Below are positions 47,269 to 60,048 of a stretch of 64,000 nucleotides of DNA, in pieces (the stretch's first letter is position 1; the number at the start of each line of letters is the position of its first letter). The notes under the pieces were generated by a model that was given only the letters and a program-made list of their open reading frames with translations, had not been told where the DNA came from and did not search any database. The stretch lies in NCBI GenBank assembly GCA_964252035.1, contig OZ176200.1; one strand, given 5' to 3'. The stretch is from Podarcis erhardii (Eukaryota). Position numbers and translations under genes: made by a program.

Positions 47269-49374
47269 GATAGGAGAGGAACCCTTGAAACACTGTGCCC
47301 TCATTTCCTCATTCAGAAATCCCATCCAGATGGATACCATGATTGATGGTACTGAAAGCCAGTGGAAGATCGAGGGGAATGAGCAGAGTTGCACCCTCCC
47401 TACTTTCTTCTGGTACATGTCGTGCATCAGTGTGTCCAATGCACCTCTATGCCAAAACTAAAGATAAATCTTCTTTGAAATTGATGCAGGTCATCAGTTT
47501 CATCCAAGACATAGCTGTCAACCTTCCCTTTTTTTTGTGGGAAATTCCCTTATTCCAGCGCTGTTTCCCGCTGCTTCCCGCTGCTATCCCGGATTGTTAG
47601 ATATCCTGTAGACTGTCCCCAGGACAGGTGAGGCTGTTGATCCCTTATTTTCAAGGCTGCTGATCTCTTATTTTCAAATCTGAAAGTTGACAGCTATGAT
47701 CCAAGAGGCCCTGGTGTTTCATGGTTACCACTTGCTTGAGGACACCATTAGTCACTAGTGAAGGATCCTTATTTATTTGTTTACTTACAAACTTGTTTTT
47801 TACATCTTCAGTGGACGATGTTCTGCTCTGGCACTGTAGCGTTCATCCAGCAACTGCCATTCTACCTTGCCATTTCAGGAACTATCCACCCCCCCACTAA
47901 ATTTCCTTGTTTACTATGTATTCCTATGTTGGAGCAGCACATTGGAGCAAACCCAAAGTGCCATTATAGGAAGAAGAGTCACCAGCTGTCAACAGTGTCA
48001 TGACATTTCCCTCCCTAGTTACTGTATATGTGGAACAAGGGCATTGTGCTTCTAGCTGGCAATTGTTGGAGTATTGCAGCAACTATAGCATTCGGTTGAG
48101 GCACACTTTTTTTTTTTAATCGCATGGAAAGGCCTACAGGGAACATCCTATTTTGTATACAACTTCATCACATTAATATTTCAAGGGCATTTATAAGAGG
48201 ACAGGGGAAGCATGTTGCAGCACGGTTAGAAAAAGGATGCTGAGAGATGCTCTGACAGTGGCAATTACATTGGAAGGCAAAAATCAAGTGATTTCTAAAT
48301 GATGATAATGCAGCCTAAAAGTTATAGACTTCTGAATATAGAACAAAAGCAATCCCAATTCCATAAGCAACCTTAGTCTCATAAAGGAACCCCTGGGAGC
48401 AGCTTCCAGCAAAATTCTGGGCCCAGCTATCTATCTATTTTGTGGGGAAAGGTATATTTAATCATTTTTCATTGATAAAAAATCCTGCAAATATGAATGC
48501 TATATTCTATCAGGTTGGCAAATTTAGCAGAAAATGAAAGGAACCATTGGGGGGGGGGACCCCCACTGCATCATCAAAAGTGTAGGAGTTTGTCTTGCAC
48601 CTAAAATATAACTGTTTTAGGGAGTAAGAAGAAACAAAGCAGGCATCATCATAAGTTGGGATCATCATAAGTTGGGATAAAGCTCTAAAATACTTTTATA
48701 AAAAATTCTTCCTTATGTCAATTCACATTTTGCCCTTCAAGATTAAAATTTTGCAGCAAGCAGAAACCTCAAAGCACATAAAAATAACATTCTTTGCTGT
48801 TAGTTGGCATTCAAACTTAAACCATATTCTGTGGCTCTAGAACTCCAACTTGATACTGTTGCCTTTGTGTTTTGTTTGGGAAAGGGCTCTGATTCACATA
48901 GACCAATGGACTGGGCCTATATCAGGCAGCTTCCTATTTTCCTACGCACTGCATGCAAATGTGTAATTCATTACCTAGCATCTCCAGGTACATCTTGGGG
49001 GGACGGACCTACCTGCCAGCTCAGTGAGCCACTGGCAGTCAGTGTGGACAATGCTGAGCTAGACGCCAGCAGCAGTTCATAATGTAGAAAATCTAGAACC
49101 ATAGAACATAGTTTATATTTGGATAAAGCAGAGGGTTGTTGTAGGGTTTTGTTTGTTTGTTTGTTTTCTACAGAGGACTATTTTTTGATGCATGTTTTCA
49201 TTTAGCAACTTGAAAAGTAATGATTTGGACACCAGAACAGACTCCACAATTTGTGAGCTGCCTGCTCCAAAACAGCCCACCAGCTATGTCTCATCATCTG
49301 CTGAGTGCCTTATGACTGTCTGTATTCCCTGTTTTTGCAGTCCCAGCAGAAGAAGGAGGTTTAGTAAGACCCAG

Positions 49375-49508
49375 CAGCCTTTCTCAACCTTGGGTCCCCA
49401 GATGTTGTTGAACTACAACTCCCACCCCCCTAGCTTGCAAGGCCAGAGCTCAGGATGACGGGAGTTGTAGTCCAACAACATCTGGGGACCCAAGTTTGAG
49501 AAACACTG
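49375..49508. mobile_element. Palindromic hAT-like MITE
   Basis: ttctcaaccttgggtccccagatgttgttgaactacaactccc pairs with gggagttgtagtccaacaacatctggggacccaagtttgagaa. Confidence 0.85.
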
Positions 49509-49782
49509 CGAGGGTTGCTGACTGCATTTGACTTGGTGGTTCACAAGTGGTACAAGCCTGTTCTAGATACCTCTCTTATCCAACAATCTTCCATTAATTT
49601 GTGTATTTAATCTGCACAGGTTTTAGCTAGCTGGCATACTGCAGTGCCCTCAGCTATTCCAAAAGGCAAGCAGGGGGATCTGGGAGCATGGCAGTGGTCA
49701 GGAAAACCCAGTAACAAGAATCAGATTCTGAGCACAAAATAATACTGAACTGCCCATGATTCAAAGGTGTGTGTTTGCAGAG

Positions 49783-50103
49783 TTGGGGTGGGAAAGCTTT
49801 TTCAGCCTGATGTCCACATTGCCTTGCCTTCTGGGTGGCACATGCCAGCGGTGGGCGGGGTCAGAAGCAAAAGTGGGTGGAGCAAGAGATGTATGGCTTA
49901 CCCATTGAGGAGCAGGCTCCATTCCACTCAGACCTCTCCATCTAGGCAAGCAGGAAGCACTGTGACCATTCAAGAGCACATTCCAGCCAGGCAAAAGCCA
50001 GAGAAGGCCTGGCAAGGGATGTTGCCTGAGGGAGTCCTGAGGGTCAGATAGAGAGATCTTGAGGGCTGCATTTGGTCCATAGACCTGGGGTTCCCTACTC
50101 CTG
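49783..50103. mobile_element. hAT (Charlie-like) non-autonomous element
   Basis: ggggtgggaaagctttttcagcctga...gagggctgcatttggtcc...ggttccctactcctg, with TIR-like ends. Confidence 0.6.
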
Positions 50104-50130
50104 GTAGGTGGGTGTAAAACTGAAAAGATG

Positions 50131-50283
50131 NNNNNNNNNNNNNNNNNNNNNNNNNNNNNNNNNNNNNNNNNNNNNNNNNNNNNNNNNNNNNNNNNNNNNN
50201 NNNNNNNNNNNNNNNNNNNNNNNNNNNNNNNNNNNNNNNNNNNNNNNNNNNNNNNNNNNNNNNNNNNNNNNNNNNNNNNNNNN
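50131..50283. other. Assembly gap (153 N)
   Basis: Run of N. Confidence 1.
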
Positions 50284-51039
50284 TGACTCCGGATATACAT
50301 CCTTATTAAGTATGGATCATCTTTAGGGGCATAGTTTATGCAAGCCAGTGAGCTGATGTTTTGAAAGGTCACACTGCTGGTTTTGGAATTGGTATCTTGA
50401 AAGCTTTAAATCTGAATGGTTAGCAATAAATGTAATGTTGGCAAAAAGAGCTGTGGAAGCTAAAAACCTCTATTCTTGTTTAAGAAATGATTTCAGAGCT
50501 CTAGAGTACCATTTCAGCTTTCCTATTGGCTCGGGGTGATGTCATAGTTATGACAGTAATGCATCTTAATGGGTTTTCCTTGTTATTCATACATTCCATT
50601 TCACATAGGCATTTCTAACAGTAGACTGGAGACAACAATTACAAATCAGATGGATAAGCTCATTTGGCCTTTAGCCCTAAGCCTCAGAATGCTACCTAAA
50701 GTTGTAGGCATTGCAACTTGTCATTTTATAGTTTTAAATACTGTTCTTGTAGGCCTTGGGGAAATGAGTTTTTCAGACTCTCTCTCTTAGCATAAACTTC
50801 CTGAACTGGTTGCTGCAGTCATCTTGTACACCTTCTTATTTCCAGTTTTCACAGAAGCAAATTCATAAAGAGGCAAAACAATACTGTTAAGTAAGCTTCA
50901 TATTTTTAATTAAGCGTAACAGTTATCCATTCCCTGTTTTCAGTTCACTTCCACATGACTTATAGGAGCTTCCAGTTCACATCCAGGCAAGTTCCATGTT
51001 CAAAAATGGAAATCCCACTAGAATTAGGCTATGGATCTG

Positions 51040-51118
51040 GGCCAGCCCACCCATGAGGCAAGGTGAGGTGACTGCCTCAGGTGGCAGAATCCATAGGGTG
51101 CAACAGATCCAGCCTCCA
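51040..51118 (+). mobile_element. Fragment of the DNA element family at 12293
   Basis: gggccagcccacccatgaggcaaggtgaggtgactgcctcaggtggcagaatcca. Confidence 0.6.
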
Positions 51119-51614
51119 AGAGATCTTGGCTAATCATAGGATGATGGATCCTAGTTCCAGAAAAGTTTCAGGCAACTAACCCAGCACATGGTCCACAACA
51201 CATACTGAGATAAGAAAGGAGCCCACCACTTGTTGCTGTTAGTCCTCTGAGGAAGGTGCTGACCATGTAATTTCCAGCAGCTGTGTCTGGGCAGTCAAGA
51301 CATTTGCGCTCTAAAATTCTCTTTGAAGGACTGCCAGAAGAAGGAAAACTGAGCACCGAAAGTGTCTTACCTGGATTCAGAAGAGGTATCTGCTGTCAGC
51401 TTTGGCCCATTGGGATGGGGGGTGGGGGTTAGAAAGATGTGGCCCTCCAGCCAGAAAAATCTCCCCACTCCTGATACACACAAACACATATCAACGGCCA
51501 CACAGGGGAGGAAACTCTTATGAAGAAAGGGGGCATAGTCCTGCAAAAAATCTGAACCCTTATCAACCTCCAAAGCAATGATTCAGTCTTTCTTGTGTCA
51601 TCTCAATCATATTA

Positions 51615-51856
51615 CAGTGGTACCTCGGGTTACATACGCTTCAGGTTACAGATGCTTCAGGTTACAGACTCCGCTAACCCAGAAATAGTACCTCGGGTTA
51701 AGAACTTTGCTCCAGGATGAGAACAGAAATCGTGCTCTGGCGGCACGGTGGCAGCAGGAGGCCCCATTAGCTAAAGTGGTCCTTCAGGTTAAGAACAGTT
51801 TCAGGTTAAGAACGGACCTCCAGAATGAATTAAGTACTTAACCTGAGGTACCACTG
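51615..51856 (+). mobile_element. Tc1/mariner-type MITE (family A, 242 bp)
   Basis: Perfect TIR cagtggtacctc / gaggtaccactg; TA TSD; reverse-complement relative of the 33838 copy. Confidence 0.93.
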
Positions 51857-52405
51857 TACTACATTTTCAGTGAGAGGCTTTCCTGGTGGGTTTTATCCAT
51901 CTTGTCTTCTTAGTCAAGAGTAAAAATCACAGAGTGGCTTGGGCAACTCAGTTATCTCATATATTAAGGGCTTAGGGTATGGCAGGAACAGTGATTGTCC
52001 TTTTCCCAGCCCTTTTCTCTCTCAGAAGCTGAGGTAAGTATAGTAACACAGACACCCTCCATTTATAGTGGGTGTTATATGTTCTCAAGAATAGCTGAGG
52101 AACAAACTGCGAACAATGGACATTTATAATTCCTACAGGGAGCCACGAATAGACAACACAGATCTTCATTGACCCACACAGGCCTTATGTTGTGCACCAC
52201 ATTGTGCTGGCGCTAGTGAAACATTAGTTTCCATCCTGTCCATTCACTCACTTACTTGACTAAAAGAAAATACTCTTCATCTGTGGCTGGAAGTTGACTA
52301 GATGACCCTCAAGGTCATTGCCAGCTCTTATTCTATGTGGACGGTACCAGTTGCCAGTCAGGTACTAGAATGGTAGCTTCAGGTGCATGGTAGCTTCAGG
52401 TATAC

Positions 52406-52660
52406 CAGGGGTCAGCAAACTTTTTCAGCACGGGGCTGGTCCACTGTCCCTCAGACCTTGTGGTGGGCCGGACTATTTTTTTTTTTTTGGGTGGGGGAGA
52501 ACCAATTCCTATGCCCCACAAATAACCCAGAGATGCATTTTAAATAAAAGGACACATTCTACTCATGTAAAAACATGCTGATTCCCAGACCATCCGTGGG
52601 CCGAATTTAGAAGGCAATTGGGCTGGATCCGGCCCCCGGGCCTTAGTTTGCCTACCCTTG
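52406..52660. mobile_element. hAT MITE, 255 bp
   Basis: TIR caggggtcagcaaact / agtttgcctacccttg; 8-bp TSD AGGTATAC / AGATACAC (6/8). Confidence 0.85.
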
Positions 52661-53950
52661 AGATACACAGATTCCCGATGAATCTGGGAGTTGGGTCCCC
52701 CAGTCTGCCACTGACAGCCATCCAGCTCCATAGAAGTGGTGAAGATGGAAGAAAGCACAGTGATGGATAGCCTACCATATCCTTGGTGCCTAAATAATGC
52801 CTCGTTAAGGTGTGGCATTTTTGAAGCTTGGGTGAACATGGATAAAGCCTTTATTACAACATGTTAAACTGAAATGGTACGTGTGTATGTGTGTGTGAAT
52901 TGTTTATTTTATGATTAATAATATAAAAGAATACTATTCTTAATTTTTAGTCCAGGCAAAGTTGCTGCATCAAGTTTGTTTGTTTCTTAAGTGAGTTTTT
53001 AATAGCTTGCTGCCTGTTAAACACGCAGGCTGACTTTGTGTATATAGGCTGCAACTGGTCATACTTCCTGTCTGCCGTTGATGATCTTTTTGTATTATAT
53101 GCTTTGGGAAGTCCTTTCCTTTTCAGACTGAATGACATAATTGCTTGCTTGATAAAGAGGCCTAGCTCCACACCTGCCCTTTTACAGTGCCTTTTAGTCA
53201 TCTTTTGTCCTGTATATACAGTTTTGGATTTCTCCATATCTAATCAGGAAAAAGAGTTTTCCTCTGGGTGTGTTATTTTCAGTTTAAAACTGATAAGTCA
53301 GTTTTAAACAGAAGGCAGTGTAGTTTCAGGCTTCTAACCATGTCTACTCAGCATTAAATAATATTGAAAGCAATGGGGTTTATTCTTAGGTAAGAAGGGC
53401 TTGGATTAAGCAATTAGTTTTAAGCCGTTGAATACATCAGTTTTCTTCCAAGTTACCCAGCAAAGAGGCTCAGTAGGTGATATTCAATGCTGGTCTCACT
53501 CAGAGTACTCCCTGAAGTTAAGAAACATGATAGACTTAGGTTCATTAATTTCAATGGGTTTTTCTTGAGCAAGACTTAGCTGAATACAGCCCAACTGTGC
53601 AGCTGAGGTAGGGAATCTTTGATTCTGGGCTGTCTTCTGATGGGCAAGTTGGCCTGATCAAAAGCTAAGTGGGCATGGCCAAATGCAACTGGATTTTATT
53701 TTCACCAGAGCATTTTTTAATGTGTAGCTTGAAACTTGAATGCTACCCCCCACCCTCACCCCCTAAAAAACCCCAGGGAGAGCATTTTAAATCTGCAGCT
53801 CCATACTTAAATGCAAAGAACAAATGTTTACACAGAAAGAGCAAAACAACCACATCACAAATTTAAAATTAAATACATAAACTAAAGTAAAAGTTCATTT
53901 GGTGAAAAATAGATATAAAAATTGTTATGGATTCCAAATATATTTTTTTA

Positions 53951-54394
53951 ATTTTTTATTTATTTACTTAAAAATATTTATATACCACTTAATATTTCAA
54001 AAGTTTCAAAAGTTTCTTAAGCCAACAACCAATGACATATCTTTTAAAGACAGAACAAAAATCAGTAAAACAGCAAAATAAATCCACAAAAAAGCAAATA
54101 AAATCGAAATTCAGAAGATTCAAATACATAAAACAGGGTCCAGTCTTATGGGTCAGCAAAAGCAAGGGCAAAAAGATAGGTCTTTACAAGAGATCTGAAG
54201 CAACTGTTGGTTGCTGCTTCATGCACAACAGAGGGAAGGGCATTCAAAGAACATGGACAACAACAGAAAATGCCTGGTTTTTTGGGTCATCACCCTATAA
54301 TCTTCTGCAAGGTCCATTGCTTGGAGTAGTATTTCCCTCAGGTGATCTAAGTGATGTACCAGGTCCACACAGGGGCAGGTGGTCTCTCAAGTAG
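53951..54394 (-). mobile_element. Old L2 3' fragment
   Basis: tttatttatttac..atttatataccactt terminus; gagggaagggcattcaaagaacatgg...acagaaaatgcc mirrors the younger L2 copies. Confidence 0.6.
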
Positions 54395-55072
54395 CTACTA
54401 GGCAGAGTGGGCTATCTTCTCCTTGAGGATGGGAAGAAGTGAGGAGCTTGGGAGAGCAGCAGTCGCTGGATCCGTCCTTTGAGTGGTGCTGTTTTATGCT
54501 TCCTTTTCGATGTAGAAGCAAGTTGCCATCTTGCGTTATCATTTATTCATCGCCTGACCTCAAAATCCCTTTTCCTTTCACGAAAAACAGCAAGTGCACT
54601 TGCGAACAGCAGACTTCGCAGGAAATTAAACCACTGTCCTCCTCCCACTCCATGTAAGCAAATGCCACCACTGATGGTATTGTGTCAGAAAGGAGAGGAG
54701 GTTGCTAGCAATTTTCATGTTTTCTCCTCCTTTTTTGATGCCTAGAACAGTTAAACAAAATAGTAACCAAGAGAGTTGGCAGGGAGCCCTTTTTATTATT
54801 TAAAAAAGACATTAGTGAAGAAAATAAAAGAGCCAAGTAACATATTTACATTTTCCCCAATGTCTTGTTATCTCCCCTTCCCCCTTCCCCTTCATCTATA
54901 TTTTTAAAACCACTAGAAGGGTGTAAACATGAGAGGAGAGGAAAGGAAATGGCTTGAGATGGCCAGAGCAGGAGCACAGCAATGAATAATGGAATGGACA
55001 GGCGATGGAAGGGAATTATTGGCTGAAAGTCGTAAAGGCGCCGGGGGCATCAGGAGTTCCATCAATGAAGAA

Positions 55073-55735
55073 TGTCCTGCCAGAGTGGTGCATGCTCTGG
55101 TTATCTCTCGCTTGGACTACTGCAACACACTCTACATGGGGCTACCTTTGAAGGTGACCCGGAAACTACAACTAATCCAGAATGCGGCAGCTAGACTGGT
55201 GACTGGGGGCGGCCGCCGAGACTATATAATACTGGTCCTGAAAGACCTACATTGGCCCCCAGGATGTTTCCAAGCACAATTCAAAGTGTTGGTGCTGACC
55301 TTTATTTTTATTTTTAAATGCTTTTTATTGATTTTTCATTTCACACAAACAAACAAAGTACAATAATATTCCACAATGACCTTTAAAGCCCTAAATGGCC
55401 TCGGTCTAGTATACCTGAAGGAGCGTTTCCACCTCCATTGTTCAACCTGGACACTGAGGTCCAGCACCGAGTGCCTTCTGGCGGTTCCCTGACTGTGAGA
55501 AGCGAAGTTACAGGGAACCAGGCTGAGGGCCTTCTCGGTAGTGGCTCCTGCCCTGTGGAACGCCCTCCCATCAGATGTCAAAGAAATTAACAACTCTCTG
55601 ACTTTAGAAGACATCTGAAGGCAGCCTTGTTTAGGGAAGTTTTTAATGACTGATGTTTAATGTATTTTTAATCTTTTGTTGAAAGCTGGCCAAAGTGGCT
55701 GGGGAAACCCAGACAGATGGGCAGGATATAAATAA

Positions 55736-55784
<49 letters not shown>
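55073..55784 (+). mobile_element. 5'-truncated L2 LINE with (ATT)n tail, interrupted
   Basis: ARVVHALVISRLDYCNTLYMGLPLKVTRKLQLIQNAAARLVTG...LKDLHW; same family as the 23314 and 43600 copies. Confidence 0.92.
55305..55376 (-). mobile_element. 72-bp retro-insertion inside L2, 9-bp TSD
   Basis: TGACCTTTA at 55296-55304 and 55377-55385; minus strand ends tcaataaaaagcatttaaaaataaaaa (AATAAA + A-rich tail). Confidence 0.8.
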
Positions 55785-56541
55785 GAATAGAAAATGTGTT
55801 TGAAATTTATCACATTGGAGAGAGATATTCTTGGGGAAATTCTCATGGCTGGGGTGCAGGGTTCTTGTGGTGCTCACCTGTGGTGCTCTTGAAGTCAGAT
55901 GAAAAGAACTGATGTTGTGGTTCCTCCCCATGCCAGCACAACCCTCCCAGAAACAAAGCTGGCCTGTGTGAAGGAGCCACAGCGCCAGGCCCTCCCATGA
56001 GGTATCAGACTCCTGATGTTAGGAGAGTAGCATGAGAAAGATACATGTTGAGGAAGGTTCCACCCTGCTAAGGTAACGTCAGAGCAGATTCACCAGCCCT
56101 TTCAACCCAGTGTAAGGACTTTCAGTTGTGCTCTGGGCTTTCCTCCTCAGCTTGGAGAGTGCATGACAGGGGCAGGGGAGTGGGATCATTTCATTTGGCA
56201 AACCAAAACACTGCTGCTGATGGAACGCAGTGTGAATTTCATAGGAGGGTACGTCTCCATTCTCTTATTGTTTTGGAAAGTGTGAATTTGATAGATACAT
56301 CTTGGAATACAAACTGAAACTAATTTTGCCCTAACCCTCCTCCCCGGTAAATGTATATAGAACTGCAACCTTCTTTCTGTTAGTATAGAAATTTCCCCTC
56401 CATTTTAATTTTTTTTAATAACACTTGTCTGGTACCCCTTCTTTTCTAAAAAAACTGCCAGGGTCAAATACATTTTAAAAGTCTCCTGGTGGCCCAGAGG
56501 CATTGAGAACTGGAATTGGTTGGGATTTAGGGTGACTATTA

Positions 56542-56896
56542 AGGTAAAGTTACCTCTGCCCATACGGGCCAGTCGTGTCCGACTCTAGGGTTGTGCGCCC
56601 ATCTCACTTAAGAGGCCGGGGGCCAGCGCTGTCCGAAGACACTTCCGGGTCACGTGGCCAGCGTGACAAGCTGCATCTGGCGAGCCAGCACAGCACACGG
56701 AAACGCCGTTTACCTTCCCGCTAGTAAGCGGTCCCTATTTAACTACTTGCACCCGGGGGTGCTTACGAACTGCTAGGTTGGCAGGCGCTGGGACTGAGCA
56801 ACGGAAGCGCACCCCGCTGCGGGGATTCAAACCGCCGACCTGACGATCGGCAAGTCCTAGGCGCTGAGGTTTTACCCACAGCGCCACCCATGTCCC
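56542..56896 (-). mobile_element. Sauria SINE (variant B), full length
   Basis: tRNA-like head with GGTTTGAATCC B-box on the minus strand; ACCTTT tail; 13-bp TSD AGGGTGACTATTA at 56529-56541 and 56901-56913. Confidence 0.92.
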
Positions 56897-57501
56897 GGAC
56901 AGGGTGACTATTACATTTGTGTTAATGCTGCAACCTGGTTAGAAAATTCTAGCAGCCATGTTAAAACCTATCATTTTCTAAACCTGCTATTCATTTATCC
57001 TAGAGTAGCTTTCTTTTCTTTTTTCTTTTTTGGCCATGCTTCCAGAAACAAACATAATATAGTCTTCTGATACCTGCATTCTTGCAATAATTGCCCCATA
57101 TTCTTGAAATATTTTAACTGATAAAATGCAGCCTCCTGCAGTCTTCACAAATGACTGGTAAAACATTGCGGCAGTGCCTCACATTGGCCTCACATGAAGA
57201 ACTGGAAGCATTTGCAGAGAATTATCTGGGATTTAACTTGTCTCTCTGAAATTTCTCTAAAAGAATATGGATGACCAGCTCTCCTCCAACTCAAGAGAAT
57301 AGGGGTATCCCCATGCAGCCAGCACTTATTATAGGGGAATCTACATGGCAGAGCTGCTTTTCAGTTATGAGAATCCAGATGGCATTCCGAAAGAGAGCAC
57401 TAGGGAAGATTTTTCCTAGTATGGACAATAACAAAATATTATTACTGGGCAAAAGTGTTCATCACAAGCACACCCCAACCCCACTTTCCTGTTACAGCTT
57501 C

Positions 57502-57816
57502 CAGCAGCGTAGCGTGGGTTGCCAGTGCCTGGGGCAGGGAAAGTGTTGCCCCCCCCCCGGTGTACTGGGCAGCTGGAGTGGGGGCACGTGCCAGGGGGGC
57601 ACACATGGAGCCCATGGGGAGGGTGAATGGAGCCCGCCTCCAACAGGTTCCTCACCTGCTGCCTCCATCCACCAGCCCAGTACACCAACCTGCCCACTGC
57701 CACAACTCAGCTGCTGGAGCTCTGTGCCTGTCATGGAGGTGCCTAACTGCTTCCCCTCAAAAATGTGTGCCTGGGGCCATGACCCCCCCCCCCCACTCCC
57801 CCATGCTACACCTCTG
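57502..57816. mobile_element. hAT-type non-autonomous element, 315 bp
   Basis: TIR cagcagcgtagcgtggg / cccatgctacacctctg; perfect 8-bp TSD ACAGCTTC at 57494-57501 and 57817-57824. Confidence 0.9.
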
Positions 57817-58693
57817 ACAGCTTCTGTTGCTAACATTATGGGATTGCAGTGTTCTTCTTATTACTTGTTAGAGTGCACATTTTGGATTGCACATATACCG
57901 TTATATGAACACTTTACCCAGCTATATGCAGCCAACTCCTCCTTTCCCTAGCCAGCAGTTTATTCAGTCCCATGTTCTCGATGCTCTTTCTTCACTCCAG
58001 AGAATCATGTGATGGTGCCAAGGGTGGGTCAAGCAGCCTGGGTGACTTTTCTGCTGGGATTCACGGAGATGCAGATCTAGGTTGCTGGGATGATGCCAAG
58101 GCAACATTCTTCATGACATCACTGGAGGAACAACAACCATCATGTGAATGGATGTAACTATTTACTCAGGTACGAGGAAGTGGGTTGCTAGAAGAGCTAA
58201 CAAATTTATTTCTGATTTTGGAAAGATTAGCACACTCTATATGGAATGGAAAGATTATGCCTGTATTTTATGTGTTTTGTATAAGATGGCCTTCAGGGGA
58301 CATCGGTTAGGCACTGAAATCAGTAGGCACTCAGACTGACACAGGAGGGAAGCCTAATTTTTGAAGCGTGTGCCCAAATACTGCGGCTTCAGAAAATATG
58401 TATCATTCTTAGGGTTAGCAGCTGATTAATCATTAGTTGATTAACCACTTGCCTTTTTCACTGAGTAACATTGAGTAACTGACTTATTGATTAAATGTAA
58501 ATATATCCGCATAATACTAATACCTCAACAAAGGTGTTTTTCTACAAATTGAAGGAAGGATGTGATAACTGAGTAATCAAACCCATTGTTCATTGTTAGG
58601 AAATATCATCTCATATTTTATCATCCATTCCCTGTTATGGTAATGTACTAGAACAACCCCCACTCCCCCAAAGCAAGGCTTTTATATATTATA

Positions 58694-59038
58694 GGTAAAG
58701 GGACCCCTGACCGTTACGTCCAGTCACAAACGCCTCTGGGATTGCGGCGCTCATCTCGTTTTATTGGCCGAGGGAGCCAGCGTACAGCTCCCAGGTCATG
58801 TGGCCAGCGTGACTAAGCCACTTCTGGTGAGCCAGAGCAGCGCACGGAAACACTGTTTACCTTCCCGCCGGAGCGGCACCTATTTATCTACTTGCACTTC
58901 GTGCTTTCAAACTGCTAGGTTGGCAGGAGCAGGGACCGAGCAACGGGAGCTCACCCCGTTGTGGGGATTCAAACCGCCGACCTTCTGATTGGCAAGCCCT
59001 AGGCTCTGTGGTTTAGACCACAGCGCCACCTGCATCCC
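58694..59038 (-). mobile_element. Sauria SINE (variant A), full length
   Basis: Reverse complement of the 63191 copy type; 13-bp TSD TTTATATATTATA at 58681-58693 and 59039-59051. Confidence 0.92.
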
Positions 59039-59687
59039 TTTATATATTATACCCCCTGATTAAAATTGGCTCTACTGATTAACCTATTAAAACTTGAATT
59101 GCTTCATCTTCCAATTAAATCTATTAAAGTTTATTCCCCAGTTGTTTTTAGATATAAATATAATGTACCATTAATATAGATCACAACTGGAAGATTATGC
59201 TATTGTCGTTAATGATTACCTTGTTATTATTCACCATAAGTTTCCAGGGTGGGGGGGCTGTTGCAGCAATTTAAAATGCAGTTTAATGTGATGCATTCTC
59301 AAGTTCAGGAGATCTCTTAAAGTTGCTAGGGGTCCATAAAATTGGCCCAGGCTATATTCTCTGAAATCCAAAATTACTGAAGAACGAGATATTTTGGCAA
59401 ATCACTCACCCTTTCAAATGCCCTCCCTTGATTAGTTTGTGAGGCAGAAACAGTAATGACTTTTAAATACCTCTTTAAAATGTGCACATTTACCCAAGCT
59501 TTCCTGGACTCTGATTTGTGATTTTTTTGTTTTGTACATTGTTCAGTTTCATTTGTAATACATAGTTTTGTTTTTGTTTTATCCAGTGTTTAGGAAATGT
59601 TACTGAATAGTCCTCTATTTATATAAAAAAAATAAATTATGTAAACCGCCTGGACATTTTTTTATTATATTAAGTTATATTTAAATT

Positions 59688-60048
59688 GGGGACACGGGTG
59701 GCGCTGTGGGTAAAACCTCAGCGCCTAGGACTTGCCGATCGCATGGTCGGCGGTTCAAATCCCCGCGGCGGGGTGAGCTCCCATCATTCGGTCCCAGCTC
59801 CTGCCCACCTAGCAGTTCGAAAGCACCCCTAAGTGCAAGTAGATAAATAGGTACCGCTTTCTAGCGGGAAGGTAAACGGCGTTTCCGTGTGCTGCTCTGG
59901 TGCCGGTTCGCCAGAGCAGCGATGTCACACTGGCCACGTGACCCGGAAGTGTCTGCGGACAGCGCTGGCTCCCGGCCTCTAGAGTAAGATGAGCACACAA
60001 CCCTAGAGTCTGTCAAGACTGGCCCGTACGGGCAGGGGTACCTTTACC
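59688..60048 (+). mobile_element. Sauria SINE (variant B), full length
   Basis: gggacacgggtggcgctgtgggtaaaacc head; GGTTCAAATCC B-box; tacctttacc tail; 13-bp TSD TTATATTTAAATT at 59675-59687 and 60049-60061. Confidence 0.92.

Noticed and set aside
48645-48678. 16-bp tandem duplication ATCATCATAAGTTGGG
   Set aside because: Ordinary slippage duplication with nothing inserted; similar small ones occur at 5174, 28192 and 52371
49761-50372. 203-aa minus-strand ORF
   Set aside because: Its length comes from reading through 153 Ns and a hAT element
57271-57951. Longest ORF in the track (226 aa) and overlapping ORFs
   Set aside because: Runs through a GC-rich hAT element bounded by a perfect 8-bp TSD; low-complexity product with no recognisable domain or splice context
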